In this document: piece by piece, positions 27,601-40,500 of the stretch
Layout of the letters: the number at the start of each line of letters is the position of its first letter
Position numbering within the stretch: the first letter of the stretch is position 1
Origin: Antedon mediterranea
Taxonomy: Eukaryota; Animalia; Echinodermata
DNA length: 64,000 bases
Assembly (NCBI RefSeq): GCF_964355755.1
Contig: NC_092676.1
Coordinates: 12,882,771-12,946,770 of the forward strand
Direction: 5' to 3'
Position numbers and translations under genes: made by a program
The notes under the pieces: model-generated
What the model was told of the DNA's origin: nothing
Database searches by the model: none
What the model saw: the letters and a program-made list of their open reading frames with translations, nothing else

Positions 27601-30600
27601 GACCATTTTGAGCATTTCGATAAAACTTTTCACACAAAAACATCAAAGTGTACAAAATAGCTTCAAATCGCATTCGGAGACGTTTTAGACCATTTTGTGC
27701 ATTTCGATGAAACTTGGTTACACAAAAACATCAAAGTGCTTAAAATCACATTTGAAACCGTTTTAGACCATTTTGAGCATTTCGATAAAACTTTTCACAC
27801 AAAAAAATCAAAGTGCACAAAATAGCTTCAAATCGCATTTGGGGACGTTTTAGACTATTTTGTGCATTTCGAAAAAAATTGTTAACATAAAAAGACCAAA
27901 GTGTTTAGAATATCTCCAAATCGCATTTGGAGACGTTTTAAACCATTTTGTGCATTTCGATGGAACTTGGTTACACAAAAACATCAAAGTGCTTAAAATC
28001 ACATTTAAAACCGTTTTAGAGCATTTTTAGCATTTCGATAAAACTTTTCACACAAAAACATCAAAGTGTACAAAATAGCTTCAAATCGCATTTAGAGAGG
28101 TTTTAGACAATTTTGTGCATTTCGATAAAACTTTTCACACAAAAACATCAAAGTGTACAAAATAGCTTCAAATTGCATTTAGAGACGTTTTAGACCATTT
28201 TGTGCATTTCGATAAAACTTTTCACACAAAAACATCAAATTGCACAAAATCGTTTTAAACCATTTTAAATCGTTTTAAACCATTTTGAGCATGTCGATAA
28301 AACTTTTCACAAAAAACATCAAAGTGCACAGAATAGCTTCAAATTGCATTTGGAGACGTTTTAGAGCATTTTGTGCATTTCGATAAAATGTGTTAACATA
28401 AAAAGACCAAAGTGTTTAGAATATCTTCAAATCACATTTGGAGACGTTTTAGACCATTTTTTGCATTTCGATGAAACTTGGTTACACAAAAACATCAAAG
28501 TGCTTAAAATCACATTTGAAACCGTTTTAGAGCATTTTGAGCATTTCGATAAAACTTTTCACACAAAAACATCAAAGTGTACAAAATAGCTTCAAATCGC
28601 ATTTAGAGACGTTTTAGACCATTTTTTGCATTTCGATGAAACTTGGTTACACAAAAACATCAAAGTGCTTAAAATCACATTTAAAACCGTTTTAGAGCAT
28701 TTTTAGCATTTCGATAAAACTTTTCACACAAAAACATCAAAGTGTACAAAATAGCTTCAAATCGCATTTAGAGAGGTTTTAGACAATTTTGTGCATTTCG
28801 ATAAAACTTTTCACAAAAAACATCAAAGTGCACAGAATAGCTTCAAATTGCATTTGGAGACGTTTTAGAGCATTTTGTGCATTTCGATAAAATGTGTTAA
28901 CATAAAAAGACCAAAGTGTTTAGAATATCTTCAAATCACATTTGGAGACGTTTTAGACCATTTTTTGCATTTCGATGAAACTTGGTTACACAAAAACATC
29001 AAAGTGCTTAAAATCACATTTGAAACCGTTTTAGAGCATTTTGAGCATTTCGATAAAACTTTTCACACAAAAACATCAAAGTGTACAAAATAGCTTCAAA
29101 TCGCATTTAGAGACGTTTTAGACCATTTTGTGCATTTCGAAAAAATTTGTTAACATAAAAAGACCAAAGTGTTTAGAATATCTCCAAATCGCATTTGGAG
29201 ACGTTTTAGACCATTTTGTGCATTTCGATGAAACTTGGTTACACAAAAACATCAAAGTGCTTAAAATCACATTTGAAACCGTTTTAGAGCATTTTTAGCA
29301 TTTCGATAATACTTTTCACACAAAAACATCAAAGTGTACAAAATAGCTTCAAATCGCATTTGGAGACGTTTTAGACCATTTTGTGCATTTCGATGAAACT
29401 TGGTTACACAAAAACATCAAAGTGCTTAAAATCACATTTGAAACCGTTTTAGACCATTTTGAGCATTTCGATAAAACTTTTCACACAAAAAAATCAAAGT
29501 GCACAAAATAGCTTCAAATCGCATTTGGAGACGTTTTAGACTATTTTGTGCATTTTGAAAAAATTTGTTAACATAAAAAGACCAAAGTGTTTAGAATATC
29601 TCCAAATCGCATTTGGAGACGTTTTAAACCATTTTGTGCATTTCGATGGAACTTGGTTACACAAAAACATCAAAGTGCTTAAAATCACATTTAAAACCGT
29701 TTTAGAGCATTTTGAGCATTTCGATAAAACTTTTCACACAAAAACATAAAAGTGTACAAAATAGCTTCAAATCGCATTTAGAGATGTTTTAGACCATTTT
29801 GTGCATTTCGATGAAACTCATCAAAGTGCTTAAAATCACATTTGAAACCGTTTTAGAGCATTTTGAGCATTTCGATAAAACTTTTCACACAAAAACATCA
29901 AAGTGTACAAAATAGCTTCAAATCACATTTGAAACCGTTTTAGACCATATTGAGCATTTCGATAAAACTTTTCACACAAAAACATCTTAGTGTACAAAAT
30001 AGCTTCAAAGCGCATTTGGAGACGTTTTAGACCATTTTGTGTATTTCGATGAAACTTGGTTACACAAAAACATCAAAGTGCTTAAAATCACATTTGAAAG
30101 CGTTTTAGAGCATTTTTAGCATTTCGATAATACTTTTCACACAAAAACATCAAAGTGTACAAAATAGCTTCAAATCGCATTTGGAGACGTTTTAGACCAT
30201 TTTGTGCATTTCGATGAAACTTGGTTACACAAAAACATCAAAGTGCTTAAAATCACATTTAAAACAGTTTTAGAGCATTTTGAGCATTTCGATAAAACTT
30301 TTCACACAAAAACATCAAAGTGTACAAAATAGCTTCAAATCGCATTTAAAGAGGTTTTAGACCATTTTGTGCATTTCGATAAAACTTTTCACACAAAAAC
30401 ATCAAAGTGTACAAAATAGCTTCAAATCGCATTTAGAGACGTTTTAGACCATCTTGTGTATTTCGATAAAACTTTTCACACAAAAACATCAAATTGCACA
30501 AAATAGCTTAATATCGTGTTTGAAAACGTTTTAAACCATTTTGAGCAAGTCGATAAAACTTTTCACACAAAAATATCAAAGTGCACAGAATATCTTCAAA

Positions 30601-33600
30601 TCGCATTTAGAGACGTTTTAGACCATTTTGTGCATTTCGAAAAAATTTGTTAACATAAAAAGACCAAAGTGTTTAGAATATCTCCAAATCGGATTTGGAG
30701 ACGTTTTAGACCATTTTGTGCATTTCAATGAAACTTGGTTACACAAAAACATCAAAGTGCTTAAAATCACATTTGAAACCGTTTTAGAGCATTTTTAGCA
30801 TTTCGATAATACTTTTCACACAAAAACATCAAAGTGTAGAAAATAGCTTCAAATCGCATTTAGAGAGGTTTTAGACCATTTTGTGCATTTCGATAAAACT
30901 TTTCACACAAAAACATCAAAGTGTACAAAATAGCTTCAAATCGCATTTAGAGACGTTTTAGACCATTTTGTGCATTTCGATAAAACTTTTCACACAAAAA
31001 CATCAAATTGCACAAAATAGCTTAATACCGTGTTTGAAATCGTTTTAAACCATTTTGAGCATGTCGATAAAACTTTTCACAAAAAAACATCAAAGTGCAC
31101 AGAATAGCTTCAAATCGCATTTGGAGACGTTTTAAACCATTTTGAGCATTTCGATAAAACTTTTCACACAAAAACATCAAAGTGTACAAAATAGCTTCAA
31201 ATCGCATTTAGAGAGGTTTTAGACCATTTTGTGCATTTCGATAAAACTTTTCACACAAAAACATCAAATTGCACAAAATAGCTTAATATCGTGTTTGAAA
31301 ACGTTTTAAACCATTTTGAGCATGTCGATAAAACTTTTCACACAAAAATATCAAAGCGCATAGAATATCTTCAAATCGCATTTAGAGACGTTTTAGACCA
31401 TTTTGTGCATTTCGAAAAAATTTGTTAACATAAAAAGACCAAAGTGTTTAGAATATCTCCAAATCGCATTTGGAGACGTTTTAGACCATTTTGTGCATTT
31501 CGATGAAACTTGATTACACAAAAACATCAAAGTGCTTAAAATCACATTTAAAACCGTTTTAGAGCGTTTTGAGCATTTCGATAAACTTTTCACACAAAAA
31601 CATCAAAGTGCACAAAATAGCTTCAAATCGCATTTAGAGATGTTTTAGACCATTTTGTGCATTTCGATAAAACTTTTCACACAAAAACATCAAATTGCAC
31701 AAAATAGCTTAATATCGTGTTTGAAATCGTTTTAAACCATTTTGAGCATGTCGATAAAACTTTTCACACAAAAACATCAAAGTGCACAGAATATCTTCAA
31801 ATCGCATTTAGAGACGTTTTAGACCATTTTGTGCATTTCGAAAAAATTTGTTAACATAAAAAGACCAAAGTGTTTAGCATATCTCCAAATCGCATTTGGA
31901 GACGTTTTAGACCATTTTGTGCATTTCGATGAAACTTGGTTACACAAAAACATCAAAGTGCTTAAAATCACATTTGAAACCGTTTTAGAGCATTTTGAGC
32001 ATTTCGATAAAACTTTTCACACAAAAACATCAAAGTGTACAAAATAGCTTCAAATCACATTTGAAACCGTTTTAGACCATTTTGAGCATTTCGATAAAAC
32101 TTTTCACACAAAAACATCAAAGTGTACAAAATAGCTTCAAATCGCATTTGGAGACGTTTTAGACCATTTTGTGCATTTCGATGAAACTTGGTTACACAAA
32201 AACATCAAAGTGCTTAAAATCACATTTGAAACCGTTTTAGACCATTTTGAGCATTTCGATAAAACTTTTCACACAAAAAAATCAAAGTGCACAAAATAGC
32301 TTCAAATCGCATTTGGAGACGTTTTAGACTATTTTGTGCATTTCGAAAAAATTTGTTAACATAAAAAGACCAAAGTGTTTAGAATATCTCCAAATCGCAT
32401 TTGGAGACGTTTTAAACCATTTTGTGCATTTCGATAGAACTTGGTTACACAAAAACATCAAAGTGCTTAAAATCACATTTAAAACCGTTTTAGAGCATTT
32501 TGAGCATTTCGATAAAACTTTTCACACAAAAACATCAAAGTGTACAAAATAGCTTCAAATCGCATTTAGAGACGTTTTAGACCATTTTGTGCATTTTGAT
32601 AAAACTTTTCACACAAAAACATCAAATTGCACAAAATAGCTTAATATTGTGTTTGAAAACGTTTTAAACCATTTTGAGCATGTCGATAAAACTTTTCACA
32701 CAAAAATATCAAAGTGCCCAGAATATCTTCAAATCGCATTTAGAGACGTTTTAGACCATTTTGTGCATTTCGAAAAAATTTGTTAACATAAAAAGACCAA
32801 AGTGTTTAGAATATCTCCAAATCGCATTTGGAGACGTTTTAGACCATTTTGTGTTTTTCGAAAAAACTTTTCACACAAAAACATCAAAGTGTACAAAATT
32901 GCTTCAAATCGCATTTAGAGAGGTTTTAGACCATTTTGTGCATTTCGATAAAACTTTTCACACAAAAACATCAAAGTGCACAGAATATCTTAATACCGTG
33001 TCTGAAATCGTTTTAAACCATTTTGAGCATGTCGATAAAACTTTTCACACAAAAACATCAAAGTGCACAGAATATCTTCAAATCGCATTTAGAGACGTTT
33101 TAGACCATTTTGTGCATTTCGAAAAAATTTGTTAACATAAAAAGACCAAAGTGTTTAGAATATCTCCAAATCGCATTTGGAGACGTTTTAGACCATTTTG
33201 TGCATTTCGATGAAACTTGGTTACACAAAAACATCAAAGTGCTTAAAATCACATTTGAAACCGTTTTAGAGCATTTTGAGCATTTCGATAAAACTTTTCA
33301 CACAAAAACATCAAAGTGTACAAAATAGCTTCAAATCACATTTGAAACCGTTTTAGACCATTTTGAGCATTTCGATAAAACTTTTCACACAAAAACATCA
33401 AAGTGTACAGAATAGCTTCAAATCGCATTTGGAGACGTTTTAGACCATTTTGTGCATTTCGATGAAACTTGGTTACACAAAAACATCAAAGTGCTTAAAA
33501 TCACATTTGAAACCGTTTTAGAGCATTTTTAACATTTCGATAATACTTTTCACACAAAAACATCAAAGTGTACAAAATAGCTTCAAATCGCATTTGGAGA

Positions 33601-36600
33601 CGTTTTAGACCATTTTGTGCATTTCGATGAAACTTGGTTACACAAAAACATCAAAGTGCTTAAAATCACATTTGAAACCGTTTTAGAGCATTTTGAGCAT
33701 TTCGATAAAACTTTTCACACAAAAAAATCAAAGTGCACAAAATAGCTTCAAATCGCATTTGGAGAGGTTTTAGACCATTTTGTGCATTTCGATAAAACTT
33801 TTCACACAAAAACATCAAAGTGTACAAAATAGCTTCAAATCGCATTTAGAGACGTTTTAGACCATTTTGTGCATTTCGATGAAACTTGGTTACACAAAAA
33901 CATCAAAGTGCTTAAAATCACATTTAAAACCGTTTTAGAGCGTTTTGAGCATTTCGATAAACTTTTTACACAAAAACATCAAAGTGCACAAAATAGCTTC
34001 AAATCGCATTTAGGGATGTTTTAGACCATTTTGTGCATTTCGATAAAACTTTTCACACAAAAACATCAAATTGCACAAAATAGCTTAATACCGTGTTTGA
34101 AATCATTTTAAACCATTTTGAGCATGTCGATAAAACTTTTCACACAAAAACATCAAAGTGCACAGAATATCTTCAAATCGCATTTAGAGACGTTTTAGAC
34201 CATTTTGTGCATTTCGAAAAAATTTGTTAACATAAAAAGACCAAAGTGTTTAGAATATCTCCAAATCGCATTTGGAGACGTTTTAGACCATTTTGTGCAT
34301 TTCGATGAAAATTGGTTACACAAAAACATCAAAGTGCTTAAAATCACATTTGAAACCGTTTTAGAGCATTTTGAGCATTTCGATAAAACTTTTCACACAA
34401 AAACATCAAAGTGTACAAAATAGCTTCAAATCACATTTGAAACCGTTTTAGACCATTTTGAGCATTTCGATAAAACTTTTCACACAAAAACATCAAAGTG
34501 TACAAAATAGCTTCAAATCGCATTTGGAGACGTTTTAGACCATTTTGTGCATTTCGATGAAACTTGGTTACACAAAAACATCAAAGTGCTTAAAATCACA
34601 TTTAAAACCGTTTTAGAGCATTTTTAGCATTTCGATAAAACTTTTCACACAAAAACATCAAAGTGTACAAAATAGCTTCAAATCGCATTTAGAGAGGTTT
34701 TAGACAATTTTGTGCATTTCGATAAAACTTTTCACACAAAAACATCAAAGTGTACAAAATAGCTTCAAATTGCATTTAGAGACGTTTTAGACCATTTTGT
34801 GCATTTCGATAAAACTTTTCACACAAAAACATCAAATTGCACAAAATCGTTTTAAACCATTTTAAATCGTTTTAAACCATTTTGAGCATGTCGATAAAAC
34901 TTTTCACAAAAAACATCAAAGTGCACAGAATAGCTTCAAATTGCATTTGGAGACGTTTTAGAGCATTTTGTGCATTTCGATAAAATGTGTTAACATAAAA
35001 AGACCAAAGTGTTTAGAATATCTTCAAATCACATTTGGAGACGTTTTAGACCATTTTTTGCATTTCGATGAAACTTGGTTACACAAAAACATCAAAGTGC
35101 TTAAAATCACATTTGAAACCGTTTTAGAGCATTTTGAGCATTTCGATAAAACTTTTCACACAAAAACATCAAAGTGTACAAAATAGCTTCAAATCGCATT
35201 TAGAGACGTTTTAGACCATTTTTTGCATTTCGATGAAACTTCTCACACAAAAACATCAAAGTGTACAAAATAGCTTCAAATTGCATTTAGAGACGTTTTA
35301 GACCATTTTGTGCATTTCGATAAAACTTTTCACACAAAAACATCAAATTGCACAAAATCGTTTTAAACCATTTTAAATCGTTTTAAACCATTTTGAGCAT
35401 TTCGATAAAACTTTTCACAAAAAACATCAAAGTGTTTAGAATATCTTCAAATCACATTTGGAGACGTTTTAGACCATTTTTTGCATTTCGAGTAAACTTG
35501 GTTACACAAAAACATCAAAGTGCTTAAAATCACATTTGAAACCGTTTTAGAGCATTTTGAGCATTTCGATAAAACTTTTCACACAAAAACATCAAAGTGT
35601 ACAAAATAGCTTCAAATCGCATTTAGAGACGTTTTAGACCATTTTGTGCATTTCGAAAAAATTTGTTAACATAAAAAGACCAAAGTGTTTAGAATATCTC
35701 CAAATCGCATTTGGAGACGTTTTAGACCATTTTGTGCATTTCGATGAAACTTGGTTACACAAAAACATCAAAGTGCTTAAAATCACATTTGAAACCGTTT
35801 TAGAGCATTTTTAGCATTTCGATAATACTTTTCACACAAAAACATCAAAGTGTACAAAATAGCTTCAAATCGCATTTGGAGACGTTTTAGACCATTTTGT
35901 GCATTTCGATGAAACTTGGTTACACAAAAACATCAAAGTGCTTAAAATCACATTTGAAACCGTTTTAGACCATTTTGAGCATTTCGATAAAACTTTTCAC
36001 ACAAAAAAATCAAAGTGCACAAAATAGCTTCAAATCGCATTTGGAGACGTTTTAGACTATTTTGTGCATTTTGAAAAAATTTGTTAACATAAAAAGACCA
36101 AAGTGTTTAGAATATCTCCAAATCGCATTTGGAGACGTTTTAAACCATTTTGTGCATTTCGATGGAACTTGGTTACACAAAAACATCAAAGTGCTTAAAA
36201 TCACATTTAAAACCGTTTTAGAGCATTTTGAGCATTTCGATAAAACTTTTCACACAAAAACATCAAAGTGTACAAAATAGCTTCAAATCGCATTTAGAGA
36301 GGTTTTAGACCATTTTGTGCATTTCGATAAAACTTTTCACACAAAAACATCAAAGTGTACAAAATAGCTTCAAATCGCATTTAGAGACGTTTTAGACCAT
36401 TTTGTGCATTTCGATAAAACTTTTCACACAAAAACATCAAATTGCACAAAATAGCTTAATACCGTGTTTGAAATCGTTTTAAACCATTTTGAGCATGTCG
36501 ATAAAACTTTTCACAAAAAAACATCAAAGTGCACAGAATAGCTTCAAATCGCATTTGGAGACGTTTTAAACCATTTTGAGCATTTCGATAAAACTTTTCA

Positions 36601-36849
36601 CACAAAAACATCAAAGTGTACAAAATAGCTTCAAATCGCATTTAGAGAGGTTTTAGACCATTTTGTGCATTTCGATAAAACTTTTCACACAAAAACATCA
36701 AATTGCACAAAATAGCCTAATATCGTGTTTGAAAACGTTTTAAACCATTTTGAGCATGTCGATAAAACTTTTCACACAAAAATATCAAAGCGCACAGAAT
36801 ATCTTCAAATCGCATTTAGAGACGTTTTAGACCATTTTGTGCATTTCGA

Positions 36850-37598
36850 TGAATCTTGGTTACACAAAAACATCAAAGTGCTTAAAATCACATTTAAAAC
36901 CGTTTTAGTGCATTTTGAGCATTTCGATAAAACTTTTCACACAAAAACATCAAAGTGCACAAAATAGCTTCAAATCGCATTTAGAGATGTTTTAGACCAT
37001 TTTGTGCGTTTCGATAAAACTTTTCACACAAAAACATCAAATTGCACAAAATAGCTTAATATCGTGTTTGAAAACGTTTTAGACCATTTTGAGCATGTCG
37101 ATAAAACTTTTCACACAAAAACATAAAAGTGCACAAAATAGCTTCAAATCGCATTTAGAGATGTTTTAGACCATTTTGTGCGTTTCGATAAAACTTTTCA
37201 CACAAAAACATCAAATTGCACAAAATAGCTTAATATCGTGTTTGAAAACGTTTTAGACCATTTTGAGCATGTCGATAAAACTTTTCACACAAAAACATAA
37301 AAGTGCACAGAATAGCTTCAAATCGCATTTGGAGACGTTTTAGACCATTTTGTGCATTTCGAAAAAACTTTTTAACATAAAAACACCAAAGTGCTTAGAA
37401 TAGCTTCAAATCGCATTTGGAGACGTTTTAGACCATTTTGTGCATTTCGATGAAACTTGGTTACACAAAAACATCAAAGTGCTTAAAATCACATTTGAAA
37501 CCGTTATAGAGCATTTTTAGCATTTCGATAAAACTTTTCACACAAAAACATCAAAGTGTACAAAATAGCTTCAAATCACATTTGAAACCGTTTTAGAC
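36850..37598 (+). repeat. Single-copy divergent satellite segment (about 9 monomers)
   Basis: Variants not seen elsewhere in the window: GATGAATCTTGG, GTGCGTTTCG (x2), GAAAAAACTTTTTAACATAAAAACACCAAAGTGCTTAG, CCGTTATAGA. Confidence 0.85.
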
Positions 37599-40500
37599 CA
37601 TTTTGAGCATTTCGATAAAACTTTTCACACAAAAACATCAAAGTGTACAGAATAGCTTCAAATCGCATTTGGAGACGTTTTAGACCATTTTGTGCATTTC
37701 GATGAAACTTGGTTACACAAAAACATCAAAGTGGTTAAAATCACATTTGAAACCGTTTTAGAGCATTTTTAACATTTCGATAATACTTTTCACACAAAAA
37801 CATCAAAGTGTACAAAATAGCTTCAAATCACATTTGAAACCGTTTTAGACCATATTGAGCATTTCGATAAAACTTTTCACACAAAAACATCAAAGTGTAC
37901 AAAATAGCTTCAAATCGCATTTGGAGACGTTTTAGACCATTTTGTGCATTTCGATGAAACTTGGTTACACAAAAACATCAAAGTGCTTAAAATCACATTT
38001 GAAAGCGTTTTAGAGCATTTTTAGCATTTCGATAATACTTTTAACACAAAAACATCAAAGTGCACAAAATAGCTTCAAATCGCATTTAGAGATGTTTTAG
38101 ACCATTTTGTGCATTTCGATAAAACTTTTCACACAAAAACATCAAATTGCACAAAATAGCTTAATACCGTGTTTGAAATCATTTTAAACCATTTTGAGCA
38201 TGTCGATAAAACTTTTCACACAAAAACATCAAAGTGTTTAGAATATCTCCAAATCGCATTTGGAGACGTTTTAGACCATTTTGTGCATTTCGATGAAACT
38301 TGGTTACACAAAAACATCAAAGTGCTTAAAATCACATTTGAAACCGTTTTAGAGCATTTTGAGCATTTCGATAAAACTTTTCAAACAAAAACATCAAAGT
38401 GTACAAAATAGCTTCAAATCACATTTGAAACCGTTTTAGACCATTTTGAGCATTTCGATAAAACTTTTCACACAAAAACATCAAAGTGTACAAAATAGCT
38501 TCAAATCGCATTTGGAGACGTTTTAGACCATTTTGTGCATTTCGATGAAACTTGGTTACACAAAAACATCAAAGTGCTTAAAATCACATTTGAAACCGTT
38601 TTAGAGCATTTTTAGCATTTCGATAATACTTTTCACACAAAACATCAAAGTGTACAAAATAGCTTCAAATCGCATTTGGAGACGTTTTAGACCATTTTGT
38701 GCATTTCGATGAAACTTGGTTACACAAAAACATCAAAGTGCTTAAAATCACATTTGAAACCGTTTTAGACCATTTTGAGCATTTCGATAAAACTTTTCAC
38801 ACAAAAAAATCAAAGTGCACAAAATAGCTTCAAATCGCATTTGGGGACGTTTTAGACTATTTTGTGCATTTCGAAAAAAATTGTTAACATAAAAAGACCA
38901 AAGTGTTTAGAATATCTCCAAATCGCATTTGGAGACGTTTTAAACCATTTTGTGCATTTCGATGGAACTTGGTTACACAAAAACATCAAAGTGCTTAAAA
39001 TCACATTTAAAACCGTTTTAGAGCATTTTTAGCATTTCGATAAAACTTTTCACACAAAAACATCAAAGTGTACAAAATAGCTTCAAATCGCATTTAGAGA
39101 GGTTTTAGACAATTTTGTGCATTTCGATAAAACTTTTCACACAAAAACATCAAAGTGTACAAAATAGCTTCAAATTGCATTTAGAGACGTTTTAGACCAT
39201 TTTGTGCATTTCGATAAAACTTTTCACACAAAAACATCAAATTGCACAAAATCGTTTTAAACCATTTTAAATCGTTTTAAACCATTTTGAGCATGTCGAT
39301 AAAACTTTTCACAAAAAACATCAAAGTGCACAGAATAGCTTCAAATTGCATTTGGAGACGTTTTAGAGCATTTTGTGCATTTCGATAAAATGTGTTAACA
39401 TAAAAAGACCAAAGTGTTTAGAATATCTTCAAATCACATTTGGAGACGTTTTAGACCATTTTTTGCATTTCGATGAAACTTGGTTACACAAAAACATCAA
39501 AGTGCTTAAAATCACATTTGAAACCGTTTTAGAGCATTTTGAGCATTTCGATAAAACTTTTCACACAAAAACATCAAAGTGTACAAAATAGCTTCAAATC
39601 GCATTTAGAGACGTTTTAGACCATTTTTTGCATTTCGATGAAACTTGGTTACACAAAAACATCAAAGTGCTTAAAATCACATTTAAAACCGTTTTAGAGC
39701 ATTTTTAGCATTTCGATAAAACTTTTCACACAAAAACATCAAAGTGTACAAAATAGCTTCAAATCGCATTTAGAGAGGTTTTAGACAATTTTGTGCATTT
39801 CGATAAAACTTTTCACAAAAAACATCAAAGTGCACAGAATAGCTTCAAATTGCATTTGGAGACGTTTTAGAGCATTTTGTGCATTTCGATAAAATGTGTT
39901 AACATAAAAAGACCAAAGTGTTTAGAATATCTTCAAATCACATTTGGAGACGTTTTAGACCATTTTTTGCATTTCGATGAAACTTGGTTACACAAAAACA
40001 TCAAAGTGCTTAAAATCACATTTGAAACCGTTTTAGAGCATTTTGAGCATTTCGATAAAACTTTTCACACAAAAACATCAAAGTGTACAAAATAGCTTCA
40101 AATCGCATTTAGAGACGTTTTAGACCATTTTGTGCATTTCGAAAAAATTTGTTAACATAAAAAGACCAAAGTGTTTAGAATATCTCCAAATCGCATTTGG
40201 AGACGTTTTAGACCATTTTGTGCATTTCGATGAAACTTGGTTACACAAAAACATCAAAGTGCTTAAAATCACATTTGAAACCGTTTTAGAGCATTTTTAG
40301 CATTTCGATAATACTTTTCACACAAAAACATCAAAGTGTACAAAATAGCTTCAAATCGCATTTGGAGACGTTTTAGACCATTTTGTGCATTTCGATGAAA
40401 CTTGGTTACACAAAAACATCAAAGTGCTTAAAATCACATTTGAAACCGTTTTAGACCATTTTGAGCATTTCGATAAAACTTTTCACACAAAAAAATCAAA

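Larger units (their letters stand above)
11435..37598 (+). repeat. Super-repeat copy 1 (26,164 bp)
   Basis: Constant offset of 26164 for ORFs 12005->38169, 13209->39373 ... 23294->49458. Rare marker AAAGTGGTTAAAATC (GTGG at 11567 and 37731) was seen only at these two sites. Confidence 0.9.
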
